From NCBI GenBank assembly GCA_030679895.1, contig JAUXSN010000047.1:65328-129327 (forward strand): 64,000 bases of DNA, given 5' to 3'. The notes under the pieces were generated by a model. The model saw only the letters and a list, made by a program, of their open reading frames with translations. It made no database searches and had not been told where the DNA came from. Of the stretch, positions 18,898 through 29,238 are shown piece by piece (within the stretch, counting starts at the first letter, position 1; each line of letters starts with the position of its first letter). Origin of the DNA: Candidatus Moraniibacteriota bacterium (GTDB lineage: Bacteria; Patescibacteriota; Minisyncoccia; Moranbacterales; UBA11712). The translations under genes and the position numbers were made by a program.

Positions 18898-19233
18898 TTA
18901 CATTGCTTCTGCCGCTGCTGCTTCCGGCTCGGCGCTTTTTTTCACCTGGCTTCTCACCGCTTCTTTCAATCGTTTTCCGGCGGTGAATTTGGGAGTGTTG
19001 ACCGCCCCGATTGTTATCCTCTCCTTGGTCTGGGGATTAATCCCTTCCCGGGAGGCCCGATGAGTGACTTTGAAGGTCCCGAAGCCGGCGATTGTCACTT
19101 TTCGATCCTCGTGAAGAGCATCCATAATGACATCCACAATCGTATCCACGGTTATTTCGATTTCTTTTTTGGTTTGGCCGGTTTTCCCGGCGACCATTTC
19201 CACTAGAGCTTCTTTGTTTATGTCTGTTGCCAT
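18898..19233 (-). CDS. hup: HU family DNA-binding protein
   Basis: VTIAGFGTFKVTHRASREGINPQT...PKFTAGKRLKEAV. Confidence 0.93.
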   Translation of the reverse strand: MATDINKEALVEMVAGKTGQTKKEIEITVDTIVDVIMDALHEDRKVTIAGFGTFKVTHRASREGINPQTKERITIGAVNTPKFTAGKRLKEAVRSQVKKSAEPEAAAAEAM

Positions 19234-19365
19234 ATTTCACCTCACCTTCTAGATTTACTCTTTGTTTAAAGCCTAAAAGTATTGTAGTATTTTTTTGAAT
19301 TTTAGACAACGCGCGACAAAATTGTTATGTGTTTGCGGGCGGGCATGCTATCTGCTATGCGATAA

Positions 19366-20898
19366 TTATCTAGCTATTTCGACCGCCCTTGTTTCGCGAA
19401 GAACATTCACTTTGATCTCGCCCGGGTATTTGAGCTCCTGTTCAATCTTGTCGGCAATGGTCCTGGCCAGTTTCAGCGCCCCCAAATCATCAATTTGATC
19501 GGGTTTCACGAAAACCCGAATTTCACGTCCGGCTTGGATCGCGTAGGATTTTTCCACTTCCGGAAAAGAAGTGGCGACATTTTCAAGGTCAGTGAGCCTT
19601 TTGATATAGTCTTCCAACGTGTCTTTTCGCGCTCCCGGACGGGAAGCCGACAAAGCGTCAGCCGCCGCGACAATCATGGATTCATTGCTTTCGAAAGGAT
19701 AGTCTTCGTGATGGGATTTCATGGCGTCAATCACCGCTTTTTCTATCCCGAACTTTTTGAGAATGGTTATTCCGATTTCAATATGCGTCCCCTGGACTTC
19801 GTGATCAATCGCTTTCCCGATGTCATGCAAAAGTCCCGCTTTTTTTGCCAAACTCGCGTCCAACCCGAGTTCAGCCGCGAGAGCTCCGGAAAGATGAGCC
19901 ACTTCCAAAGAATGCAGGAGAACATTCTGTCCGTAGCTGGTTCGAAAACGCAGCCGACCGAGAAGCTGGATCAACTTCGGATCAAGTCCGGCTATTCCGA
20001 CGTCATAAGCCGCCGCTTCTCCGGCTTCCTTGATCTTGTTGTTCACTTCGGTTTTGGCAAAATTGACGGCTTCTTCGATGCGAGTCGGATGAATGCGTCC
20101 GTCCTCTATCAGCCTTTGAAGGGCTAATCTCGCGATTTCCCGGCGAACCGGATTAAATCCGGAAATAACAATGGCTTCCGGGGTATCATCAACAATGACT
20201 TCTATTCCCGTGAGTCTTTCAAGAGTTTTGATATTTCTTCCTTCGCGTCCGATGATCCTTCCTTTCAGCTCGTCCGAAGGAATAGCCACAGTGGAAGTCG
20301 TCGTCTCTGCCGCATGGCTTCCCGCATAACGCTGAAGGGCAATCGTCATGATGTTGCGCGCTTTCTTTTCAAGCTCTTCCCTTCCTTCCTGTTCCATTTT
20401 TTTCATTTGTCTCGCGACCAGATCTTTATTTTGCTCTTCCGCCAGCTGCAACAGAATTTTTTTGGCTTCTTCTTTCGAGAGTCCCGCAATTTTTTCAAGT
20501 CTTTTTAACTGCTCCTGCCTGGCATCTTCCGTTTCTTTTTTGATTTTTCTGATTTCTTCCGCCTTTTTAATAAGAAGATCTTTTCCGCGATCCAGTTCGT
20601 TCAGTTTTTTGTCCAAAGTTTCCTCCCGCGTCTCAAGTCTTTTTTCAAGCCGGAAGATCTGATCCTGCCGCTTTTTCTCCTCTTTTTTGGCTTCTTCAAG
20701 AACTTCGACCGCTTTATTTTTTGAATCCAACAAAATCGCCTGGGCTTGCGCTTCAGCGTCCGTTGTCATCTTATTTATTTTTCCCTCCGCGGTTCCTAAC
20801 TGTTTCTTAGCAATCGATTGGCGGGCGAGATACCCCAGAAACGAACCGGCTACTAAACTTAAAACTCCAATAGCAAGAAGACCGAAACTTAATTCCAT
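19366..20898 (-). CDS. rny: Ribonuclease Y
   Basis: N-terminal TM, coiled coil, KH (KGRIIGREGRNI) and HD (LLHDIGKA) domains. Confidence 0.97.
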   Translation of the reverse strand: MELSFGLLAIGVLSLVAGSFLGYLARQSIAKKQLGTAEGKINKMTTDAEAQAQAILLDSKNKAVEVLEEAKKEEKKRQDQIFRLEKRLETREETLDKKLNELDRGKDLLIKKAEEIRKIKKETEDARQEQLKRLEKIAGLSKEEAKKILLQLAEEQNKDLVARQMKKMEQEGREELEKKARNIMTIALQRYAGSHAAETTTSTVAIPSDELKGRIIGREGRNIKTLERLTGIEVIVDDTPEAIVISGFNPVRREIARLALQRLIEDGRIHPTRIEEAVNFAKTEVNNKIKEAGEAAAYDVGIAGLDPKLIQLLGRLRFRTSYGQNVLLHSLEVAHLSGALAAELGLDASLAKKAGLLHDIGKAIDHEVQGTHIEIGITILKKFGIEKAVIDAMKSHHEDYPFESNESMIVAAADALSASRPGARKDTLEDYIKRLTDLENVATSFPEVEKSYAIQAGREIRVFVKPDQIDDLGALKLARTIADKIEQELKYPGEIKVNVLRETRAVEIAR

Positions 20899-21099
20899 GT
20901 TTTTGATAGCTATTCAGTTGATAACACCTGTCCAGCATTTGAATTAATTTATAGTTCTTAATTCGCTTCTACTTCGACAATAATTTTAACCATTTTAATG
21001 TTATCAAGCGATGCTGTAAATTAACAATCACCGAAGATTATATTAAAACATCCTTCGTTTTTTGTCAAAATCGAATCGGATGTGCTAAAATTTAGCGGT

Positions 21100-22671
21100 A
21101 TGGCAAAACCAACTTTTCTAATCGTTCTCGATGGATGGGGCATCAATCCGTCCTTTGAGGGAAACGCTATCGCACAAGCGAATACTCCCACAATAGACAA
21201 GCTGCAACGCTTCTATCCGCAGGCGCTTCTGCAGGCTTCCGGAATTTCCGTCGGTCTTCCCTGGGGGGAAGTGGGAAATTCGGAAGTCGGACATCTCACT
21301 TTGGGAGCCGGCCGGGTGATTTACCAGAGTTTGCCCCGCATCACTCTTTCCATTCAGAACGGAAGCTTCTTTAAGAATGACGCGCTTAACGCCGCGATTG
21401 AAAATGTTCAAAAGAACAAGAGCGCTCTTCATCTGATGGGACTGGCATCAAATGGCGGTGTTCACAGCTCGCTTAACCATCTTTACGCTCTTTTGGAGCT
21501 GACAAAAAACCATAAGTTGGAAAAGGTATTTCTTCATCTTTTCCTGGACGGACGAGATGCCCCTCCCCAATCCGGAATTAAGATAATTGATGACATAGAA
21601 ATGCGCTTGAAAGATTATGCGAATGGCCGAATAGCCTCTCTTTGCGGAAGATATTACGCCATGGATCGGAATGATAACTGGGACCGTCTTGAAAAAGCTT
21701 ATAATCTTCTTACGCAAGGCGCGGGAGTCAGAGAAAAAAATGCCAAAGAGGCGATTCAAAAATCATATAGGAATAATATAACTGATGAGTTTTTTGAGCC
21801 AACACTAATCGAAGATGAAAAAGGAGAAATAAACTTCATTGAGGAAAAAGATTCCCTTATTTTCTTCAACTTTCGGGAAGATCGGGCCCGCCAGCTGACC
21901 AAAGCCTTTACCCTTCCAACCTTCACCAAATTCAAGCGCCAAAAATACCTGTCTGATTTGGATTTCACCTGTATGATTCAATATGAAGATAATCTTCCCG
22001 TAAGAGTCGCTTTCCCTCCGGAAAAAGTGGGAAATTGTCTTGGTAAAATCATCAGCCAGCAGGGATTGCGCCAGCTTCGAATCGCCGAAACGGAGAAATA
22101 CGCTCATGTCACCTACTTTTTTAACGGCGGAGAGGAAGATCCTTTTCCAAATGAGGATAGGATATTGATACCCTCGCAATCTGTTTCAACCTATGACAAA
22201 GCCCCTGAAATGAGCGCTTTTCCTATCACAGAAAAAGTGATCAGGGAGCTGGGAACCGGACAATATTCTTTTATTCTGATGAATTATGCTAATCCGGATA
22301 TGGTCGGACACACCGGAAATCTCAAGGCCACTATTTCCGCCATTGAAGTTGTGGATCGGTGCCTGGGAAAATTGATACCCGAAGTTCTTAAACTGGGCGG
22401 AACTCTTTTTATTACCGCTGATCACGGAAATGCCGAAGAAGTGACTAATCCCCGCACTGAAGAAGTCGATACCGAACACTCAACTTTTCCTGTTCCTTTC
22501 ATTCGCATTACTCCAAGCAATCAACGCCAAAAAGGAGAATCCAGAATAACAGCAGAAAGGACTAACGTGCGGGGCATCCTAAGCGATGTTGCCCCGACAA
22601 TCTTGAGCTCCATGCAAATAAAAATCCCGCCGGAAATGACGGGGCAAGATCTTCTGGACATTCTAGCTTAA
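21100..22671 (+). CDS. gpmI: 2,3-bisphosphoglycerate-independent phosphoglycerate mutase
   Basis: LDGWG, GNSEVGH, GRYYAMDR, AETEKYAHVTYFFNGG, TADHGNAE. Confidence 0.97.
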   Translation: MAKPTFLIVLDGWGINPSFEGNAIAQANTPTIDKLQRFYPQALLQASGISVGLPWGEVGNSEVGHLTLGAGRVIYQSLPRITLSIQNGSFFKNDALNAAIENVQKNKSALHLMGLASNGGVHSSLNHLYALLELTKNHKLEKVFLHLFLDGRDAPPQSGIKIIDDIEMRLKDYANGRIASLCGRYYAMDRNDNWDRLEKAYNLLTQGAGVREKNAKEAIQKSYRNNITDEFFEPTLIEDEKGEINFIEEKDSLIFFNFREDRARQLTKAFTLPTFTKFKRQKYLSDLDFTCMIQYEDNLPVRVAFPPEKVGNCLGKIISQQGLRQLRIAETEKYAHVTYFFNGGEEDPFPNEDRILIPSQSVSTYDKAPEMSAFPITEKVIRELGTGQYSFILMNYANPDMVGHTGNLKATISAIEVVDRCLGKLIPEVLKLGGTLFITADHGNAEEVTNPRTEEVDTEHSTFPVPFIRITPSNQRQKGESRITAERTNVRGILSDVAPTILSSMQIKIPPEMTGQDLLDILA

Positions 22672-22677
22672 ATAATT

Positions 22678-23403
22678 TTAGAGGTATCTTATAATAAGAT
22701 CAAATTCTTCCTTTCTTTCCGGATGACAGGCTAGCTCGGTTTTTCCTTCCGGAAGATTCTTCGTGAATTCATCGATGTCTCCGACCCAATCAAGACTTAC
22801 GAAATAATCCGAGGAAGAAATTTTTGAGCGAAAGAATTTTTTCCTACTTAGTCTACGCATATTTTTCAAAATCAAGTTTACGCTATTCAATCCTCCCAAA
22901 AAATCTTTCTTTCCGAAACGAATAAAGGGAATGCTATGTTTTTTCGCTAGCTCAAGCGCGACTTTAAAATAGGCAGGGAAAAAATGGGTGTGTTCGTGTG
23001 AACTTATCCCGTCCGGTGTCCGGCCGAAAATTTTTTCGAATTTTTCAATCTGTCCTTTCCATTCTCGGCTAACCATTTGCGTTCCGCTTCTGGGATTTTC
23101 CGGTACCGGCCAGTCACCCCAAAGATAGTTTACTAAAAAAACAATTGCCTGCCTCAAAGTGTTGTCTATGAGCAAATTTCTTCGCCTCTTTTGCCAAATC
23201 AACTCGAAATGAATATCCAGCTTCACGCCCGTAGCGAGAAGTTCTTCAGCCTCTTTTTCGCTGATATCGCCCTCGACCATCACCGATACCCGATCAAGCT
23301 TTCCCAGCCTGACCAGTCCTAAAATATTCTTATTGGCCAGCTCGCTTTTGCCGAAATCATCAGCGGATATGATCAACTTTTCCCTTTCTTTTTTTTCCAG
23401 CAT
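22678..23403 (-). CDS. ChbG/YdjC-family deacetylase
   Basis: ISADDFG, SSHEHTH, ELACHP. Confidence 0.85.
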   Translation of the reverse strand: MLEKKEREKLIISADDFGKSELANKNILGLVRLGKLDRVSVMVEGDISEKEAEELLATGVKLDIHFELIWQKRRRNLLIDNTLRQAIVFLVNYLWGDWPVPENPRSGTQMVSREWKGQIEKFEKIFGRTPDGISSHEHTHFFPAYFKVALELAKKHSIPFIRFGKKDFLGGLNSVNLILKNMRRLSRKKFFRSKISSSDYFVSLDWVGDIDEFTKNLPEGKTELACHPERKEEFDLIIRYL

Positions 23404-23449
23404 AGCTTATCTTGTTTCCTTAATACTTCCAGGTTATTTTCTTTTCAGG

Positions 23450-23533
23450 TGCCAGCGGTGGGGGTCGAACCCACATGGAGCAAGCTCCACGACATTTTAA
23501 GTGTCGCACGTATGCCGATTCCGTCACGCTGGC
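23450..23533 (-). tRNA. tRNA-Leu(TAA)
   Basis: Anticodon arm CGACA-CT-TAA-AA-TGTCG; long variable arm; no intron. Confidence 0.92.
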
Positions 23534-24006
23534 ATTTTTTTCTTCCTATTTCTTCCTCGATGAGTCGGTTGTAAACTATGACAGTTGGGGCAAAGCACCC
23601 GAAGATTCTCCAGCCGATTGTCACTACTTTCCCCGTTTATGTGATCTAATTCCAGTGGTAACCTTCCATCTTTTGATCTTTTATTCCAACCGCACATCTC
23701 ACACTGTTGCGATTTTATTTTTTCGGCAAACAATCTTTTCTTCAATTTAAAACTTTGGAAATCGCTATTTCTCACCAAAATATCTTCCAGCTTTATAAGC
23801 GGCTTGCCGATACCTCGCAAGCCTTTGTTCCAACCTTGTCCGGTAAAATGTTTTGTGTCGACTTTATAAAACTTCAGATATTTCTTTAACTGGGCATAAT
23901 TTCCTCCAGCCATTTTCAAATTCAACTCCCTCAAGACCTGTCTAAAGCTCTTTGATACTTTAACGGCTTGTCTTAATTGTTGTTCCGTCCAGCTTCTTTT
24001 TCTCAT
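23524..24006 (-). CDS. HNH endonuclease
   Basis: CEMCG...LELDHING...DNRLENLRVLCPNCHS; N-terminal helical domain. Confidence 0.9.
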   Translation of the reverse strand: MRKRSWTEQQLRQAVKVSKSFRQVLRELNLKMAGGNYAQLKKYLKFYKVDTKHFTGQGWNKGLRGIGKPLIKLEDILVRNSDFQSFKLKKRLFAEKIKSQQCEMCGWNKRSKDGRLPLELDHINGESSDNRLENLRVLCPNCHSLQPTHRGRNRKKKMPA

Positions 24007-24077
24007 ACGGCATACTAATTAGTATATACTATGTTATTAGTATACCATATAAAATTATCTCGGGCAATTCAATATTG

Positions 24078-24148
24078 AGGTCCGGAGCGGAGTTGAACCG
24101 CTTTACAGGGTTTTGCAGACCCTTGCCTAACCGTTCGGCCACCGGACC
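24078..24148 (-). tRNA. tRNA-Cys(GCA)
   Basis: Anticodon arm AGGGT-CT-GCA-AA-ACCCT; U73 discriminator. Confidence 0.92.
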
Positions 24149-24226
24149 ATATTGAGCCAACTGATAAAAAATTACCACCATTTAGGGTGACGGTCAACGA
24201 TATGAATTCCGAATTAATAATTTAAA

Positions 24227-24871
24227 TCAAAACAACGCTTCTTGTTTATTTTCTTCACTAAATCTATCGGCATCCATTTGAACTTCTTTTTTTATATTTT
24301 TCTCCTTTTCGATCGCTTTCAAAACTTTCGGGATTTTTTTGAAGTCTGTCTTGAGCGTTTCCCGAAGACTTCCTTGATAAAGCGCGGCGGCAGGATGATA
24401 AAGGGCATAGAATACTTGTTTTCCGATCCCGGTAATTTCGCGCCGAAGCGCCATCCCGTGCATTTGGGAAATTTTTTGGTTCGGCAAAAATCGCTCCATC
24501 GCGTGCCGGCCCAAAGTGACGATCAGTTTCGGCTTGATGGTCTTTATCTGCTCGAGGAGCCATGGCCAGCAAGCCTCCGCTTCCTCGGGCAATGGATCGC
24601 GATTTCCCGGCGGTCGGCATTTGACGATGTTTGCAATAAAAACATCTTCCCGCTTCATTTCAATCAGCCCAATCATTTCATCCAAAAATTTTCCCGCCGC
24701 TCCGACAAAGGGACGCCCGAGCTTATCTTCTTTTTCTCCCGGACCTTCGCCAATAAACATGATTTCCGCTTTTTCATTTCCTTCGCCCGGCACGACATTG
24801 AGACAAGTATCGCGAAGATGGCATTTTCGGCAAGCTTTCATTTCTTCCTCAAGTTTTTTGTATCGAGACAT
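24227..24871 (-). CDS. Family 4 uracil-DNA glycosylase
   Basis: CRKCHL, GEGPG, GRPFVGAAG, KCRPPGNRDP, YHPAA. Confidence 0.95.
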   Translation of the reverse strand: MSRYKKLEEEMKACRKCHLRDTCLNVVPGEGNEKAEIMFIGEGPGEKEDKLGRPFVGAAGKFLDEMIGLIEMKREDVFIANIVKCRPPGNRDPLPEEAEACWPWLLEQIKTIKPKLIVTLGRHAMERFLPNQKISQMHGMALRREITGIGKQVFYALYHPAAALYQGSLRETLKTDFKKIPKVLKAIEKEKNIKKEVQMDADRFSEENKQEALF

Positions 24872-24891
24872 CTAAAATTATATAACTTATT

Positions 24892-25869
24892 TTATTCTAT
24901 TTTCCATCCATCTCCGTCTTTTGCTAATTTTCCTTTTATCTCAAAACCGCTGGATAATCGATGTCCGCCGCCGCGCAAAAGCCGGGCAATTTCCGAAACA
25001 TCAACATTTTTATACTCTTCGCTGCGTAGGCTGCCCTTGACCCGGCCTTTTCCTCTTTCTGACAAAACCAAAGAAAACTTCGTTCCGGAAACGGTGTTGA
25101 GAATTTCCGCCACTCCGGATATGTCTTCAGCGTCGCCATGAAGTTCTTCCAAATCCTGTTTGGTTACATAAGACATAATCGCTCCCGTCTTTGGATTGAT
25201 TTCAGCCCTTTCCATCGCCCTTCCCCACAGCTTCAGGGTTTCAAGCCTTTTGTTTTTGAAAACAAGACGGATGATTTTTGAAATAGAGGCTCCTTTCCTC
25301 ATCAGTTTGGCTGCTATCTCCATTACTTTGGGGGTAGTATTGGCGTGTTGAAAAATTCCCGTATCCCCCAATATCCCAAGCAAGAGAAATTCTGCCATTT
25401 TTCGGTTCAGCTCGATTCGATAAAAATCAAAAAAATCATAAAGTATCTCACAGACTGAAGAGTATTTTTCGTCGCTTACTGTTATGTCCGGTTTTATCTT
25501 TTTCATCCTCAAAGTCGTGTGGTGGTCGAGAAGAATTATCTTCTGATTTTCATTTTTTGAAGATACAATTTTTTCAAAGCCCCTTTCAACCGCGTCACAT
25601 CCGATGATCAGGTCGAAACTGGAAAGTCTCAACTCTTCCGGGCCAGTCACATTTTCACCCGCCAAAAAATCCTTGAGATGCTGGGGAAGAGCGTTCGAGC
25701 AGGTTACTTTCACTTCTTTTCCTAGGAAGCTGGATATATATTCTTTCAGAGCAAACACCGATCCTATCGTATCCCCGTCCGGCGCCGAGTGAGCCACGAG
25801 CAAAACCCTCTGGCTTTTTTCCAGTTCGTTTTTTATTTCGGTAAATTCTTTGGCAAAAGGATAATTCAT
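24892..25869 (-). CDS. nrnA: DHH-family oligoribonuclease/PAP phosphatase NrnA
   Basis: HSAPDGD, LDHH, GDTG, GGGH. Confidence 0.9.
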   Translation of the reverse strand: MNYPFAKEFTEIKNELEKSQRVLLVAHSAPDGDTIGSVFALKEYISSFLGKEVKVTCSNALPQHLKDFLAGENVTGPEELRLSSFDLIIGCDAVERGFEKIVSSKNENQKIILLDHHTTLRMKKIKPDITVSDEKYSSVCEILYDFFDFYRIELNRKMAEFLLLGILGDTGIFQHANTTPKVMEIAAKLMRKGASISKIIRLVFKNKRLETLKLWGRAMERAEINPKTGAIMSYVTKQDLEELHGDAEDISGVAEILNTVSGTKFSLVLSERGKGRVKGSLRSEEYKNVDVSEIARLLRGGGHRLSSGFEIKGKLAKDGDGWKIE

Positions 25870-25877
25870 ATGCAATG

Positions 25878-25960
25878 TGTCATTGTGAGTGAAGCGAAAC
25901 AATTCCGTCTTTCTGCATTGCTTGGGCTTGCTTCGGTCGCTCTGCTCCCTCGCAATGACA
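25878..25960. repeat. Palindromic MITE-like element (GTCATTGCGAG...CTCGCAATGAC type)
   Basis: Terminal inverted repeats TGTCATTGTGAG / CTCGCAATGACA filling the rbfA-nrnA spacer. Confidence 0.75.
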
Positions 25961-25963
25961 TAT

Positions 25964-26305
25964 TTATTTGATTTCTTTCAATATTTTCTCTATCTTGTCT
26001 GCTTCGGCTTCCGTCTTGTCAGGGACAAATTCGATCCTGGGAAGCGGTCTCATATTGAGTTGTTTATTCAATTTTCCCTGGATAAAATATATTTTCTTGC
26101 CGAGTGCCCGGAGAGTTTCACCGAATTTTTTTTCCGGGAAAACACTGGCAAACACTCTAGCATAGCGCAGATCTCTGGAAGTGTCAACCTTCGAAATCGT
26201 TACAAAAACGCCGAGGGGAATATCGACCTCCTCGGCAATTATTTTGGCTAAAGTCTCTTTTATCAGTTCGTTGACACGGTCAACGCGTGAAAAAGTCATA
26301 AGCAA
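25964..26305 (-). CDS. rbfA: Ribosome-binding factor A
   Basis: RVDRVNELIK...VDTSRDLRYARVF...PRIEFVPD; downstream of infB. Confidence 0.93.
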   Translation of the reverse strand: MLMTFSRVDRVNELIKETLAKIIAEEVDIPLGVFVTISKVDTSRDLRYARVFASVFPEKKFGETLRALGKKIYFIQGKLNKQLNMRPLPRIEFVPDKTEAEADKIEKILKEIK

Positions 26306-26324
26306 TAAGATTAATGGTCCTCAA

Positions 26325-28106
26325 TTACAAAATTTTCTTGACTACTTCCTCATGGAAACAAACAAGCACGTCTCCCTCTTTTATCTTTGTTTCCCCCAAA
26401 AAAGTGATTCCGCATTCAACACCTTCTTTCACTTCATCAACATTCACTTTGTTTTGTTGAAGATTGATAAGCTTCCCCCGCCCTAAAGATTTTTCCTCCC
26501 GCAAAACTTCAATATTTTCTTTGTTGGCCATCTTGCCGGAAGTTACTTTGCCGCCCACGATCATGTCCTTTTTGCCTGTCATGAAGACCGCCAGCACTTT
26601 GAGCTTCCCTAGGTCCGTGCGAACAATTTCTTCCCCCAGCATATCACTTAAGCGTTTCTTGATCTCATCAACCAGCTCATATATTACCCGATAAGTTTTT
26701 ATCTCCACATTATTCATCTGAGCCAGCCTCTTGGCAACGGTGGTCGGTTGCGAATTGAAGCCGAAAACAACAGCTTTGGAGTTTTGCCCGAGCTTTACGT
26801 CGGATTCGGTGATATCTCCCACTCCCTGTTTGATATAATCAAGGCCGACTTCATCCGATTTTATAGTTCCCAGAATTTGTTCAATAGCTTCAAGGGAACC
26901 CTGCACGTCCGTCTTGAGGATTATGTTCAATTTTTTTATGTTCTCGTTCTCAATGGTTTTCATCATTTGCCGGGAATCAAATTTTTTCGTCTCGCCAAAT
27001 CCCCCCGCTTGCATTTCTTTTTGTGCGACTTTCGCCGCCTTGAGATCCGTCACGCCCTGTAGGACATCGTTTACATTTGGCGCGCTGTTGAGTCCGATTA
27101 CCGTTACCGGTGTGGAAGGGCCGGCTTCTTTCAGTTGTCTTCCCTTGAAGTCTTCAAGTCTTCTTACTCTTCCGACTATTGATCCTGCGGCAACGTCTTG
27201 CCCCTCTTTCAGCGTTCCTGTTCTCACAAGAACCGTGGCAATATTCCCTTTTTTCGGATCAAGACGCGATTCGATCACCACTCCGAGCGGCGGCCTTTTG
27301 TTATCCGCCCGCAAATCTTCAACTTCCGCGACTAGAAGAATCATATCAAGCAGTTCATCAATCCCGATATTCTGCTTGGCTGAAATTTCCGCTGAGACAA
27401 CATTGCCTCCCCACTCTTCGATCATGATTTCCCGATCGGCCAGCTCCTGTTTCACCCTTTGCGGATTGGCGTTGGGTTTGTCAATTTTGTTGATGGCCAC
27501 GACCATCGGAATTTTCTTTTCTTTGAGATATTGGATCACCTCTTCCGTCTGCGGACGCACCCCGTCATCAGCCGCGACGACCAAGATGGCAATATCGGCA
27601 AGGCTGACTCCGCGTTCACGCATCGACGAAAAAGCTTCATGTCCCGGCGTATCCACAAAAGTGATAATTTCGCCTTTTTTCTTCACCTGATATGCGCTGA
27701 TGTGCTGGGTGATGCCTCCCGCTTCTTTTTCAACTACTGAAGTTTTGCGGATAGCATCAAGGAGAGTTGTTTTTCCATGATCAACGTGACCAAGAATGGT
27801 CACGACCGGCGGGCGATGTTGAAGATTTTTTCCTGATCCCTTCTCTTTTTTTAATATTTCATCAAGATTTTCAAGGGTCATCGCTCCCGAATCGCTTGTC
27901 TCAATATCTTTTTCCGTTTCAATCCCGAGATCCGAAGCAATCACAGCGGCGGTTTCAAAATCAATCTCATCGTTTATCGTCGCCAAGATTTTATTTTTCA
28001 TCAGTTCTTTGATGACCTCCACAATCGGCAAACCCAAAAGCTCCGCAAAGCGCTTCACGGTTACAAGTGAGGGTATTTTTATTTTTTCCTTCACAATTTC
28101 TTCCAT
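26325..28106 (-). CDS. infB: Translation initiation factor IF-2 (short N-terminus)
   Basis: RPPVVTILGHVDHGKTTLLD, DTPGHEAF, NKID. Confidence 0.97.
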   Translation of the reverse strand: MEEIVKEKIKIPSLVTVKRFAELLGLPIVEVIKELMKNKILATINDEIDFETAAVIASDLGIETEKDIETSDSGAMTLENLDEILKKEKGSGKNLQHRPPVVTILGHVDHGKTTLLDAIRKTSVVEKEAGGITQHISAYQVKKKGEIITFVDTPGHEAFSSMRERGVSLADIAILVVAADDGVRPQTEEVIQYLKEKKIPMVVAINKIDKPNANPQRVKQELADREIMIEEWGGNVVSAEISAKQNIGIDELLDMILLVAEVEDLRADNKRPPLGVVIESRLDPKKGNIATVLVRTGTLKEGQDVAAGSIVGRVRRLEDFKGRQLKEAGPSTPVTVIGLNSAPNVNDVLQGVTDLKAAKVAQKEMQAGGFGETKKFDSRQMMKTIENENIKKLNIILKTDVQGSLEAIEQILGTIKSDEVGLDYIKQGVGDITESDVKLGQNSKAVVFGFNSQPTTVAKRLAQMNNVEIKTYRVIYELVDEIKKRLSDMLGEEIVRTDLGKLKVLAVFMTGKKDMIVGGKVTSGKMANKENIEVLREEKSLGRGKLINLQQNKVNVDEVKEGVECGITFLGETKIKEGDVLVCFHEEVVKKIL

Positions 28107-28127
28107 TATAAATAGTAGATACTTAAT

Positions 28128-28652
28128 TTATGCATTTTTTCCTATTCCTTCCGCTCCTACTTCGGCCTTCTTGATCGCCTCGACTTCTTCATCCGTCAAT
28201 GGATACTTCATTGCTTTTCCTTTTGATACAGGCTTGGCATAAACCCGGTTCCCCTCGCGGGAATGAAGACTGGAGAATACCACTCCCGAGCTCTCACCAT
28301 CGAGGAGAGCAATTGAAAAACTTTGATTTCCGCCCAGATCCTTGAAAGGATTGAATCTCACCACACCGACTTTGTGTACCGACCGGCTGGCCAAATTGTG
28401 AATCTTATTGGATATTCCATAAAGATCCTGAATATCCCGATCAAGTTCTTTGATTCCTTTCACGTGACCCAAAATAATTTTTTCGAGATCCTCCGCGCCT
28501 TTTCCGGAAAAAAGCTGTTGCTGATTTTTGTTGATCCGGCTGATGCTGAAATGCAGGAATATATTCCAAACAAGGAGAAGAACCGCGACAATAACCGCGC
28601 CGATCACGCTGATCCCCAAATTGTTTTGGATGATCGAAGTTAAGCCATTCAT
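28128..28652 (-). CDS. DUF4446-like membrane protein
   Basis: VVRFNPFKDLGGNQSFSIALLD...YAKP...LTDEE. Confidence 0.8.
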   Translation of the reverse strand: MNGLTSIIQNNLGISVIGAVIVAVLLLVWNIFLHFSISRINKNQQQLFSGKGAEDLEKIILGHVKGIKELDRDIQDLYGISNKIHNLASRSVHKVGVVRFNPFKDLGGNQSFSIALLDGESSGVVFSSLHSREGNRVYAKPVSKGKAMKYPLTDEEVEAIKKAEVGAEGIGKNA

Positions 28653-28793
28653 AAAAGAAAAATAAGGATTTTTTATCCTTATCTTAAATTAGCACCGTTT
28701 TTCCTATATGTAAACCTTTACCGCGCTTTCAGCGGTTCGAGATCAGATCGGAATAAAATTTCACTTTTCCACCTGTGGAATCAATATCCGAAA

Positions 28794-29237
28794 TTATTTT
28801 CCCAAGATATTCAGCGCCTCAAGCGCGCGGATTTTGACGTTTTGAGGAGCGTCAAATTTTTCAATTTCTTCCTTCGTAAACCATCTCAGATCATTTGTTT
28901 CGCCATCTTTCGGCTTCAGCTCAAACTTACTGGCAGACGCATAGTACGTAAAATCAATATGCTGATGAAAATCATTTATGTCCTGCAGCATTATATGTAG
29001 AGGCCGGATCAGATCCCTGGTTCCATCCATTTCTAGATTCTCATCAGGATTATACAAAACTATCTCGAGCCCCGCTTCTTCTTTCGCTTCACGTATTGCC
29101 GCTTCTTCCGGCAGTTCATCACGGTCAACATGACCCCCGATCGGAAGCCATTTCTTGAGACTTTTATGGAAATGCAATAGAACCTTGTTTTCGTGAACGA
29201 TTGTGGTTGTGACAGTAAAGTGTCTTGTTATCTCCAT
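28794..29237 (-). CDS. NUDIX hydrolase
   Basis: GGHVDRDELPEEAAIREAKEEAGL. Confidence 0.92.
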   Translation of the reverse strand: MEITRHFTVTTTIVHENKVLLHFHKSLKKWLPIGGHVDRDELPEEAAIREAKEEAGLEIVLYNPDENLEMDGTRDLIRPLHIMLQDINDFHQHIDFTYYASASKFELKPKDGETNDLRWFTKEEIEKFDAPQNVKIRALEALNILGK

Positions 29238-29238
29238 A

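Noticed and set aside
19495-20127. Long antisense ORFs (also 24242-25141, 26914-27690, 57542-58372, 63436-63948)
   Set aside because: Shadows of well-supported genes on the opposite strand.
28768-28780. DnaA box / oriC
   Set aside because: A single imperfect box, with no cluster and no dnaA nearby.
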